Shown in pieces: positions 23,907 through 32,240 of a DNA stretch of 32,240 nucleotides; the stretch's first letter is position 1, and the number at the start of each line of letters is the position of its first letter. The position numbers and the translations under genes are program-made. Under the pieces are notes generated by a model, which saw nothing but the letters and a program-made list of their open reading frames with translations, did no database searches and had not been told where the DNA came from. The stretch is from assembly GCA_030740155.1 (NCBI GenBank), contig JASLXV010000017.1, forward strand, positions 1 to 32,240, in the 5' to 3' direction. The stretch comes from Dehalococcoidia bacterium. Its GTDB lineage: Bacteria > Chloroflexota > Dehalococcoidia > Lucifugimonadales > UBA3495.

Positions 23907-25595
23907 ATGGACCGGCCCTGGTTTCAGCATTACCCCGCCGGGGTGCCGAAGAGCATCTCCTACCCGAAGGTCCCCTTTTACCGTCTCCTCCAGGATTCCG
24001 CCACCCGCTTCCCAGACCGTACCGCCATCATCTTCTACGACGGCGTCGAAGGGCGGGAACTGGGCGCCACAAGCTACGCCGCCCTGGACGGCGAGTCGGA
24101 CCTATTTGCCGCGGCGTTGTCGGCACTGGGCATCGGCCGGGGAGACCGGGTGGCCTATTTCCTGCAGAACTCACCGGCCCTGGTGGTGGGGTTCTACGGC
24201 ATCCTCAAGGCTGGGGCCGTGGTGGTGCCCTGCAACCCGATGTACCGGGGCGAGGAGCTGGGCCATCAGCTTCGAGACTCGGGAGCCAAGGCTATCCTCT
24301 GCGAGGCCGGTCTCTATCCCCTCGTGGAGCAGGTGGCCGCGGATACCGCCCTGCGCCACGTCATCGTCACCGGCGGGCCGCTGGATGGCGAGGTACATTC
24401 CCCGGACCGGGAGGTCCATTCCATGGAAGCCCTGGTGGAATCGCAGCTGGGGCGCAAAGTCTTGCGCCCCTACCGGTGTCCGGACATTGATCCCGTGCGG
24501 GACCTGGCCTTTCTGCCTTACACCGGGGGCACTACGGGCGTGCCCAAGGGGAGCATGCTCACCCACCAAAACCTGGTGGTCAACGCCCTCCAGTTCAAGA
24601 CCTGGTTCCAGTACCGGGAGGGGGAAGAGGTCTTCATCGCCGCGTTGCCCCTCTTTCACATCGGGGGGATTGCCGGGGTTATGAATGTGCCGCTGGCCAC
24701 CGGGGCCACTATCGTGCTGTTCCGCCGGTTCGATCCCCTCGGCGTGCTTCGGGTGATCCAGGACTACCGGGCCACCCGCTTCCTGGGCGTCCCCACCATG
24801 TACATCGCCCTGCTCAACCAGCAGGAGGCGCGGTCCTTCGACCTGACCTCCCTCCGGGCCAGCCGCACCAGCGCCGCCTCGCTGCCGGCGGCGGTAAAAG
24901 GGGCCTTCGACCAACTGGTGGGCCATGAGGTGCTCGTAGAAGGTTATGGCCTCACCGAGACCTCGCCCCTGACCCACGCCAACCCCATCCACCGGGCCCG
25001 GGCCGGCTCCATCGGTGTCCCGTTGCCCGACACCGACGCCCGCATCGTGGACGCCGGCACGGGGACGGAGGTGCTGCCCGCGGGCGAGATCGGGGAGTTG
25101 GTGCTGCGAGGGCCTCAGGTGATGCAGGGTTACTGGCAAAACCCAGAGGAGACTCGCGCAGCCCTCCGCGATGAATGGCTATACACTGGCGATCTGGCTT
25201 ACATGGGTGAGGATGGGTATTTCTGTATCGTCGACCGGAAGAAGGACGTGATCAATGCCGCGGGTTTCAAAGTCTGGCCGCGGGAGGTGGAAGAAGTGCT
25301 CTATCAGCATCCTCACATCCAGGCGGCGGCGGTGGTCGGGATGCCCGACAGCTATCGAGGGGAGACGGTCAAGGCGGTGGTGGTGCTGAAGAAGGAACAC
25401 GGCTTCCCCTCGGACGAAGCGGCCAAAGAGGAGATCGTGGCCTTCTGCCGCCGGGAGCTGGCCGCCTACAAGGTGCCCCGCGTCGTGGAGATCCGGGACA
25501 GCCTTCCCATCAGCGGGGCGGGCAAGGTCCTGCGCCGGGTGTTGCGGGATGCGGCCGCGGCTGACGAGGGGACCACTAACGCCTCGGGCCATTGA
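23907..25595 (+). CDS. Acyl-CoA ligase (long-chain-fatty-acid--CoA ligase-like, ANL superfamily)
   Basis: YTGGTTGVPKG, EGYGLTETSP, YTGD, IVDRKKD, PREVEEVL, AYKVPR, GKVLRR. Confidence 0.92.
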   Translation: MDRPWFQHYPAGVPKSISYPKVPFYRLLQDSATRFPDRTAIIFYDGVEGRELGATSYAALDGESDLFAAALSALGIGRGDRVAYFLQNSPALVVGFYGILKAGAVVVPCNPMYRGEELGHQLRDSGAKAILCEAGLYPLVEQVAADTALRHVIVTGGPLDGEVHSPDREVHSMEALVESQLGRKVLRPYRCPDIDPVRDLAFLPYTGGTTGVPKGSMLTHQNLVVNALQFKTWFQYREGEEVFIAALPLFHIGGIAGVMNVPLATGATIVLFRRFDPLGVLRVIQDYRATRFLGVPTMYIALLNQQEARSFDLTSLRASRTSAASLPAAVKGAFDQLVGHEVLVEGYGLTETSPLTHANPIHRARAGSIGVPLPDTDARIVDAGTGTEVLPAGEIGELVLRGPQVMQGYWQNPEETRAALRDEWLYTGDLAYMGEDGYFCIVDRKKDVINAAGFKVWPREVEEVLYQHPHIQAAAVVGMPDSYRGETVKAVVVLKKEHGFPSDEAAKEEIVAFCRRELAAYKVPRVVEIRDSLPISGAGKVLRRVLRDAAAADEGTTNASGH

Positions 25596-25830
25596 CCGGC
25601 GCCAGAGGCACTGTTATGCTGGACCTCACCAAGGAGGGACCTCCGTGCGGGCATCCTCCAGCTTGCGGAGGGGGTGGCGAATCGGGGCCAAACTTCTCAG
25701 ATGCCCGCGGCGTGGCATGGGCCTCGCTCAGGTTGGCAAATCCCCGCCAATGCTCGTCGCCACAGGTACCACGAAAGACGAAAACGGCCGGGCATAACCA
25801 AGCGATTAGAAACAGGGAAGGAGGCGCACC

Positions 25831-26610
25831 ATGGCAGACACCGTGTTATTGGAGGTCCGGAACCGGGTGGCCTACGTTACCCTCAACCGGCCGGAGAAAC
25901 TGAACGCCGTCAACAATGAGATGATCGCGGACCTCTTTGACGCCTTCGACGAGGTCAACCGGAACCCGGACATCTGGGTGGTCCTCCTCACTGGTGCGGG
26001 CCGGGCCTTCTGTACCGGCCACGACCTGGTGATGGGCCGGCTGGAGAGGGCCGACGACGAGAAGCCCCCGCGGGGCGACACCGACGACCTGTACGTTTAC
26101 CTCAGCCGCATCTGGAAACCGGTCATCGCCGCCATCAACGGCTACTGCCTGGCCCAGGGCGGGGGCTTGGCGCTGCTGAGCGACATCCGCATCGCGTCGG
26201 AGACGGCCCAGTTCGGCTGGCCTCAGGTCAGGCGGGGCATCGCCTCGATCAGCGGGCCGACCATCCTCTCCCACTACGTGCCCCTGGGCTCCGCCCTCAA
26301 GTTCCTGTTCACCGGAGAGCTCTGCGATGCCCAGGAGGCCTACCGCATCGGACTGGTCCAGGAGGTGGTGCCCACGGACAAGCTGATGGACCGCTGCGAA
26401 GAGATCGTCCGCGGGATCGCCGAGAACTCGGCACCCTTGGCGGTGCGCACCATCAAGGAGGCTGCCATCACAGGCCTGGGCATCGGCGATTTCACCGAGA
26501 GGGTTGCGAACTCGCGCCGAGCCTGGGTGGCCATGGGCGAAACGGAGGACTCAAAGGAGGGGCTGGACGCCTTCGCGGAGAAGCGCAAGCCTGTCTTCAA
26601 GGGACATTAG
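25831..26610 (+). CDS. Enoyl-CoA hydratase/isomerase (crotonase) superfamily protein
   Basis: TLNRPEKLNA, GAGRAFCTGHDL, KPVIAAING, IGLVQEVV, EDSKEGLDAFAEKRKPVF; AAGGAGG RBS. Confidence 0.92.
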   Translation: MADTVLLEVRNRVAYVTLNRPEKLNAVNNEMIADLFDAFDEVNRNPDIWVVLLTGAGRAFCTGHDLVMGRLERADDEKPPRGDTDDLYVYLSRIWKPVIAAINGYCLAQGGGLALLSDIRIASETAQFGWPQVRRGIASISGPTILSHYVPLGSALKFLFTGELCDAQEAYRIGLVQEVVPTDKLMDRCEEIVRGIAENSAPLAVRTIKEAAITGLGIGDFTERVANSRRAWVAMGETEDSKEGLDAFAEKRKPVFKGH

Positions 26611-26631
26611 GCCCGGCAGGGCTGGCGGGCC

Positions 26632-27819
26632 ATGGCCGCGGTCTTGGAGGGAATAACTGCCCTGGACCTGACCCAGGGTGTCGCCGGTCCTTATTGCACC
26701 AAGCTCCTGGCCGGGATGGGGGCCGAGGTCATCAAGGTGGAGACTCCGGCTACCGGCGACCCGTCGCGGGGCCTCGGCCCCTTCGTGAACGATGACCCCC
26801 ATCCCGAGAAGAGTCTCCTCTTTCTCTACCTCAACACCGGTAAAAAAGGCCTGACCCTGGATATACAGAGTGGGGCTGGCCGGGATATCCTCCGTGAACT
26901 CGCGAGAGGGGTGGATATCCTAGTTGAGGGCTTTGAACCCCGTCTCATGCCCGGCCTGGGGCTCCACTACAGCCGGCTCTCGGGGGACAACCCCGGGCTA
27001 GTTATGACCTCACTCACTTTCTTCGGCCAGGACGGCCCCTATGGCGAGTACAAAGGTGAGGAGATAATCGCTCAGGCGATGAGCGGGAATCTCCAGATAA
27101 CCGGCGAACCGGACCGTGAGCCGGTGATGATAGGAGGCCATTTCGCCCAGTACGTGGGAGGCCAGGCAGCGTGTGTCGCTACCCTGATGGCGATGTACCA
27201 CGCCATGATCACCGGGCAGGGCCAGCACGTCGACTGCTCTATCGTGGAGGCCAACGCCGACCTGCTGGATAGCTGGGGCGTGAACGCTGTGCTGGGGATG
27301 AAACAACAGCGGACCGGGACGCGCCATCACGGATTGTACCCGGCTCAGGCCTACCCGTGCCGGGACGGATACGCGGTCCTGGGGACAGAACCGGCAGGCT
27401 GGCATACCCTCGTCGACTTGGTGGGTGACGAAGTCCTGCGCGACCCCAAATATGCCGACCCCGGACGCAAAAAGTTCCAGGAGGAGATCGACCCCGTCCT
27501 GGTCTCGTGGTTGCGAGACAGGAACAAATTGGACGTCCACCACGCTGCCCAAAACAGGCGGGTGGCCTCCGGGTACCTAATGACCCCGGAGGACATGCTG
27601 GAGTCGCCCCAACTGCGGGAACGGGAGTATTTTCAAGAAATCGACCACCCGGCTACTGGACCGTCCAGGTATCCGGGCCCTCCCTTTCGGTTCTCCGGGG
27701 CCGGGTGGGATCGGAGTCGGGCCCCCCTTCTCGGCGAGCACAATCAAGAGGTCTACGGCCGGCGCCTGAGCCTGTCCGATGGGGACCTGGTCCGGCTCAA
27801 GCGGCGGGGAGTGATCTGA
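26632..27819 (+). CDS. Family III (CaiB/BaiF) CoA-transferase, probably a non-catalytic subunit
   Basis: AGPYCTKLLAGMGAEVIKVE, LNTGKK, FGQDGPY, GQGQHVDCS, APLLGEHN; Gln where the catalytic Asp is expected (FAQYVGG). Confidence 0.9.
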   Translation: MAAVLEGITALDLTQGVAGPYCTKLLAGMGAEVIKVETPATGDPSRGLGPFVNDDPHPEKSLLFLYLNTGKKGLTLDIQSGAGRDILRELARGVDILVEGFEPRLMPGLGLHYSRLSGDNPGLVMTSLTFFGQDGPYGEYKGEEIIAQAMSGNLQITGEPDREPVMIGGHFAQYVGGQAACVATLMAMYHAMITGQGQHVDCSIVEANADLLDSWGVNAVLGMKQQRTGTRHHGLYPAQAYPCRDGYAVLGTEPAGWHTLVDLVGDEVLRDPKYADPGRKKFQEEIDPVLVSWLRDRNKLDVHHAAQNRRVASGYLMTPEDMLESPQLREREYFQEIDHPATGPSRYPGPPFRFSGAGWDRSRAPLLGEHNQEVYGRRLSLSDGDLVRLKRRGVI

Positions 27820-27826
27820 GGCCAAG

Positions 27827-29110
27827 ATGAACCGCGCACTGCTGCATGGAGTCCGGGTCTTGGACATGACTCAGATTCGTGCCGGGCCCAAGGCCGCCAA
27901 ATGGCTGGCCGATGGCGGGGCCGAGGTCATCAAGGTAGAGTCCCGCCAGCGCTCCGATGGCAGGGGGTTTGGGCGCCGGGGAGGCGACCGCAGGCAGGCC
28001 GTACCCCTGGCGGCGGTGCCAGAGGCCGAGCAGCGGGCGCGGAACCGCCGGGGCTTCGAGCAGCTCAACCGCAACAAGCTGGGCCTGTCCATCGACCTCT
28101 CCAAACCCGAGGGCATCTCTCTGCTCCAGCGGTTGGTCGCCGTTAGCGACGTGGTGATGGACAATTTCAGCTACGGCGTGATGGACCGGCTGGGCCTGGG
28201 CTACCGGGAACTGTGCCGTGTGCGGCCCGACATCATCATGATCTCCATGCCGGGCTTCGGCGCCAGCGGCCCCTTTCGGGACCACGTGGCTTTTGGGTGG
28301 GCCCAAGAGCACATGGCCGGTATAACCGCCATGACGGGTTACGTCGGCGGACCCCCGCTGAAGACCGGGACCATCGTGGCAGACCCGCTGAACGGCGTCC
28401 ACGCCGCGGTGGCGGTCCTGGGCTGCCTGATGTACCGGGCACGGACCGGCAAGGGGCAGCTCATCGACCTTTCCCACCTGGAATCGCTCATCTGCCTGGT
28501 GGGTGATGCCGTTCTGGACTACACCATCAACGGTCGGGTGTGGGAGCGCATGGGTAACCGCCACCCGGTTTACGCTCCCCAGGGGGTGTACCGCTGCCTG
28601 GGCGACGACAAGTGGATAAGCGTGACCGTGGCCAGCGACAACGAGTGGCGAGCCCTTTGTGGAGTGATTGGCCGCCTTGATCTAGCCAGAGATCCTCGCT
28701 TCGCCGGTAACTTCAGCCGCAGGAGGGACCAGGACTCCCTCGACCCCATCATCGAGGAGTGGACCCGCCGGCACGAGCAGTACCGGGCCATGGCGCTGCT
28801 CCAGGGCGCCGGGGTGCGCGCCGGGGCCGTACTGGACCAGGATGAAGCCCTGACCAACCCTCAGGCCCGGAGCCGCGGCTTTCTTCCCGTATTGGCCCAC
28901 CCGGACGGCGTCCATCACCCGTACATCGACACTCCCGCCAGGTTCTCACGCACGCCGGCCGGGGTGCGGGCCCCAGGGCCGCTGCTGGGGGAACACAACG
29001 GGTACCTCCTGGGAGAGCTCCTGGGGTTGCAACCTGAAGAGCTGCGGCGCCTGGAGGCCGCCGGCGTGACCGCCACGCTTTCGACGGACCTCTCGGGCGG
29101 CTGTAGTTAG
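27827..29110 (+). CDS. Family III (CaiB/BaiF) CoA-transferase, catalytic subunit
   Basis: AGP..LADGGAEVIKVE, NRNKL, GFGASGP, VADPLNG (Asp present), GKGQLIDLS, PLLGEHN. Confidence 0.9.
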   Translation: MNRALLHGVRVLDMTQIRAGPKAAKWLADGGAEVIKVESRQRSDGRGFGRRGGDRRQAVPLAAVPEAEQRARNRRGFEQLNRNKLGLSIDLSKPEGISLLQRLVAVSDVVMDNFSYGVMDRLGLGYRELCRVRPDIIMISMPGFGASGPFRDHVAFGWAQEHMAGITAMTGYVGGPPLKTGTIVADPLNGVHAAVAVLGCLMYRARTGKGQLIDLSHLESLICLVGDAVLDYTINGRVWERMGNRHPVYAPQGVYRCLGDDKWISVTVASDNEWRALCGVIGRLDLARDPRFAGNFSRRRDQDSLDPIIEEWTRRHEQYRAMALLQGAGVRAGAVLDQDEALTNPQARSRGFLPVLAHPDGVHHPYIDTPARFSRTPAGVRAPGPLLGEHNGYLLGELLGLQPEELRRLEAAGVTATLSTDLSGGCS

Positions 29111-29171
29111 CGGTGCGAGAGCCCTTTTCGAGGGACTGCGACAATATCCTTTCTTTGCGTTCTCGGGCCTT

Positions 29172-29225
29172 TTGGAAGACCTCGTTCTTGCAAGAACGAG
29201 GTCCTAGCCTCTCCAGAAAGAACCA
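29172..29225. repeat. Family B palindromic repeat, copy 2 (inverted relative to copy 1)
   Basis: 26-bp perfect palindrome GACCTCGTTCTTGCAAGAACGAGGTC (29178-29203) followed by CCTCTCCAGAAAGAACCA. Confidence 0.78.
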
Positions 29226-29246
29226 TGATGGGGTTTACCTGGCCGC

Positions 29247-29275
29247 TTGACACTCAGGCTGCCCGCCACCATGAT
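29247..29275 (+). promoter_or_regulatory. Candidate sigma70 promoter
   Basis: TTGACA (29247-29252)-N17-CATGAT (29270-29275). Confidence 0.4.
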
Positions 29276-29356
29276 ATGACCCACGATGACTGACGGGGTT
29301 TGGGCCGCGTCCATGAAGTTGCGGAGACGGAGCATTACCGAGGGGGTCTGCTCTTG

Positions 29357-29626
29357 ATGCGGAAGCTGGGCCAGGCACTGCTTCCAGGTGCCGCGGCGAG
29401 TTGGATGAACGTGGGCCTCGCTCTGGCCCACACAGGAGAGGTGCATGTGGGCGGCCTGTCGAATACCGCGTCCCTAGCTATCATCGTGGCTGGCGGGGTA
29501 CTGGCGGCGCTGTTTCTTGGGCTGTTCATTCTGAGTTGGAGACGATCTATTCAGTCCCCGGTCCCGCCTTCCGGGGAGGGCGAACAGGATGTGCCCTTGG
29601 AACCCGATAGCCGGGATGGGGCCTAG
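29357..29626 (+). CDS. Small membrane protein (89 aa)
   Basis: GAGGGGG upstream of ATG 29357; signal-like N-terminus ending ALA-H, one strong TM helix followed by WRR; stop 3 nt before the MFS start. Confidence 0.5.
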   Translation: MRKLGQALLPGAAASWMNVGLALAHTGEVHVGGLSNTASLAIIVAGGVLAALFLGLFILSWRRSIQSPVPPSGEGEQDVPLEPDSRDGA

Positions 29627-29629
29627 GGA

Positions 29630-30985
29630 ATGTCATCCGCTGGACTGCCGAGGCCAGGTTCGGAACCGGTCGATGGCCCCCAGCCTCTAGATGGGCTGAG
29701 GAGTTATTTCGGCACGGCAAGAGGGTTCAGCCGCAACGCCCGGCTGTTCTTGGGCTACGCGCTGATGGCTCAGTTCGGGGCTGGCATCTGGCTGGTGATG
29801 TTCAACCTGTACCTCCTGCGCCTGGGTTTCTCTACCAACTTCGTGGGGCTGTTCATCATGGTGGACATGCTGTTCCATGGACTGGTAGCATTCCCCGCCG
29901 GGCTGGTGGCCGACAAGATAGGCCGCCGAAAGGCTTTCTTTATTGCCACGTGTATCAACTTGGTGGCTCGGGGCGCCTTGCTGTTCACCCAGGACCCAGC
30001 GATGCTGCTGGTGTTGGCCGGCGTCTCCGGCGTCGGCGAGGCCTTCCACGGGGTGGCCGGTCCGCCCTTCATAATGGAGAACAGTGAGCCAGAAGAGCGG
30101 CCCCTCCTTTTCAGCCTGAACTGGATGTTTCTCATGGTATCGCGCTCCGTGGGCAGCGCCCTGCCGCTGGTCTGGGCCGTGGCCCTGGGAGTGCCCGACC
30201 TGGACATCGGCGCGGCGCGGTGGGTTCTGATTGGCTCCCTACCCCTGACACTAGCGGCCCTGACGCCGCTGGCTTTCATGGTGGAAAGGCGGGTAGCGTT
30301 GGCGGGCAGCTTCCTGGACCTGCTGGCCTTGAGAAATGTGGTTAACTTCTCCAACATCGCCAAGCTGACCCTTTGCAGCCTGGTGGTTGGGATGGGGTTT
30401 GGCCTGGCCACCCGCTTTTTCAACGTTTTCTTCAACCTGGCCCTCGGCGCCAGCGACCGGCAGATCTCGTCCATATTCGCCATCGGCGCTTTGGGGGGCG
30501 CGACCGCCATCCTTTTCTCAGGGATGTTCGTCCGCAAGTGGGGAAAGACGCGGAGCATCGTTCTGGCCCAGCTAGCTTCCGCTCCATTTCTTATGCTCAT
30601 GGTGTTGGTCCCGGCCGTGGTTCCCGGACTGCCCATTGTGGTGGTGTTTCTACTCCTTCGGGATGCCTGCTACAGCATTTCCATGCCGGCCCGCGATCAA
30701 CTCGCCATGGAGCTTACCGTGGCCCAAGAAAGAGGAACGGCGGCGGGCATGACTCACATGTCCTTTGACCTGGGAGGGGCCTTCGGTGCCGGAATATCCG
30801 GCACTTTGATCGGAGTGAGCGCGGCCCAGGCAAGCCGGGGATTAGTGGACATCGGCCAGTTCGTTCCGGCGTTCGCCGTTGCCGCCTCACTGGTGGCGGC
30901 GGCGGCAGTCCTTTACCACGTCTTCTTCCAGGGACGGGAGGCTCGCGTCCGACACCCAGCAATTGCCACGCCGGAGGCGGGCTAG
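29630..30985 (+). CDS. Major facilitator superfamily transporter
   Basis: About 12 hydrophobic segments, motif A GLVADKIGRRK, second-half GMFVRKWGKTR, ERGTAAG. Confidence 0.9.
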   Translation: MSSAGLPRPGSEPVDGPQPLDGLRSYFGTARGFSRNARLFLGYALMAQFGAGIWLVMFNLYLLRLGFSTNFVGLFIMVDMLFHGLVAFPAGLVADKIGRRKAFFIATCINLVARGALLFTQDPAMLLVLAGVSGVGEAFHGVAGPPFIMENSEPEERPLLFSLNWMFLMVSRSVGSALPLVWAVALGVPDLDIGAARWVLIGSLPLTLAALTPLAFMVERRVALAGSFLDLLALRNVVNFSNIAKLTLCSLVVGMGFGLATRFFNVFFNLALGASDRQISSIFAIGALGGATAILFSGMFVRKWGKTRSIVLAQLASAPFLMLMVLVPAVVPGLPIVVVFLLLRDACYSISMPARDQLAMELTVAQERGTAAGMTHMSFDLGGAFGAGISGTLIGVSAAQASRGLVDIGQFVPAFAVAASLVAAAAVLYHVFFQGREARVRHPAIATPEAG

Positions 30986-31220
30986 AGGAAGTACCATCTT
31001 CGAAACATCTTGGACAAGCTCCACCTGGAGCACCGGGCCTAAGTCATAGCTTGCGCAAAGCGCCAGGGACCGCGGACACCACCCGGCGCCACGTTATCGA
31101 CCGCATACAGCCGACATTAACTTTCGACGAACCGCTGCCACTATAATGGCGCAAGCAGACAGGCACCGCAACGCGCTGCCGGGTTCGATGTTCGCCTGCA
31201 TGTGACGCTTGCTTGCCGAG

Positions 31221-31772
31221 TTCATCCTTGCCTGAGAGGTACAGCGGGATATGACGGCCAACTCCCTGATCGAGGCGGTGCAAGGTGCGGTAGATGCCAC
31301 AGGTATGGATGCAGTCCCTGTGCAGGATCGAACCAGATTGCTCTCGGACAACGGCTCAGGATACATCTCCCAGGCTTCCCAGGAGTACCTGCACCGGGTG
31401 GGCATCCGCCATATTCTGGCCTTGCCCTACCATCCGCAGACCAATGGAAAGCTGGAGCGCTACCACCGGACCTTGAAGTCAGACGTGAACAAGGCGCCCT
31501 ACGAGGTGGTCCAGGACCTGGAGACAGTTTTCGGGGACTTCGTAGGTTTCTAAAAGCACCGAAGATACCACAAGGCTCTGGGAGACCTGACACCGGCGCA
31601 AGTGCTGGAGGGGAAGAGGGGGGTCATTCTCACACGGAGAAAGGAGGTGCAGTGAGAGACTTTCCAACGACGCAGGCAGTACAATCAACAGGTCCGAGAT
31701 GACCTCAACGGAGGGGCCTCATCCCCCTCAGTCTTCGGTCCCAAAGTATCCACTTGATGCTGACACCTGACA
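31221..31772 (+). mobile_element. Decayed IS remnant: 3' half of a DDE (rve) transposase of IS3/IS481 type with in-frame stops
   Basis: One frame reads FILA*EVQRDMT...RLLSDNGSGY...PYHPQTNGKLERYHRTLK...FVGF*KHRRYHKALGDLTPAQV...EVQ*; stops at 31233, 31551, 31653; N-terminal part absent; candidate right end ...TGACA at 31765 or 31772. Confidence 0.85.
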
Positions 31773-31826
31773 TTTGTTACCATTCTTGCCACGTGATGCA
31801 AGTCTGAAAAGGAATAAGCGAAAAGT

Positions 31827-32240
31827 ATGCGAATCAAATATGTCCTGGTGATACCGAGCTTGTTGTTGCTGCTGTTAATGCTAGCGGTAGCTTGTGAGGA
31901 CGACGGTGGTGACGCCGAACAGGAAGCCGGTGAGCAGGCAACCGGCGACAGACTGCAAGAAGTTAAGGACCGGGGTAAACTCATATGCGCAAGTCGCAAC
32001 GATGTTCCAGGTTACGGTTCCCTGGACGCATCCGGGAACAATGTGGGCTTTGACATAGACCTCTGCCGCGCGGTGGCCACTGCAGTGCTGGGCGATTCTA
32101 GTGCCATAGAGATCCGGTATATCACCGCAGCCGAACGTGGGCCGACCATCCAGTCAGGCGAGGTGGACCTGCTTGTCCGCACAGTCACCTGGACAACGTC
32201 TCGCGATGCCCAGTGGGGCAACTACGTCCAGACCATGTTC
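31827..32240 (+). CDS. Amino-acid ABC transporter substrate-binding lipoprotein (AapJ/BztA-like), truncated by the window end
   Basis: Manual translation MRIKYVLVIPSLLLLLLMLAVAC (lipobox)...RLQEVKDRGKLICAS...GFDIDLCRAVATAVLGD...IQSGEVDLLVRTVTWTTSRD; not in the ORF track. Confidence 0.9.
   Translation, partial: MRIKYVLVIPSLLLLLLMLAVACEDDGGDAEQEAGEQATGDRLQEVKDRGKLICASRNDVPGYGSLDASGNNVGFDIDLCRAVATAVLGDSSAIEIRYITAAERGPTIQSGEVDLLVRTVTWTTSRDAQWGNYVQTMF

Noticed and set aside
25592..25830. Short ORFs between the CoA ligase and the crotonase
   Set aside because: No motifs or RBS; they overlap the crotonase start region and are probably intergenic.
31233..31655. TGA codons in the transposase as selenocysteine or recoding
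   Set aside because: A TAA also interrupts the frame, the gene is 5'-truncated and no SECIS-like hairpin is evident; ordinary decay explains it.
1..32240. rRNA, tRNA (including tRNA-Sec), sat, dsr, grdA/grdC/grdD
   Set aside because: Looked for by eye and not seen in this window; this says nothing about the rest of the genome.

Overview
High-GC bacterial window. Gene style suggests Chloroflexota (Dehalococcoidia/SAR202-like), but that is inference only. From left to right: a frameshifted secreted gluzincin peptidase and a PAC2-family gene; a glycine/sarcosine/betaine-reductase component-B pair whose second gene is a selenoprotein (in-frame UGA plus SECIS hairpin, missed by the ORF track); a divergent SDH/FRD-like complex (sdhA versus hydratase alpha/beta-sdhC-sdhD-sdhB); aprBA-qmoABC; a GIY-YIG nuclease nested in REP-like palindromes; a three-gene 2-oxoacid:ferredoxin oxidoreductase; an acyl-CoA ligase, a crotonase and two family-III CoA-transferases; an MFS transporter; a decayed IS transposase; and the start of an amino-acid ABC binding lipoprotein. 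Several of the central-metabolism-like enzymes (Grd pair, SdhA, hydratase, OFOR, crotonase) have altered active-site motifs and sit around an APS-reductase/Qmo module. My best hypothesis is an uncharacterised organosulfur (sulfonate) catabolic island that feeds sulfite to AprAB-Qmo. Four distinct palindromic repeat families occupy intergenic spaces. All family assignments and canonical motifs come from memory, with no database search.
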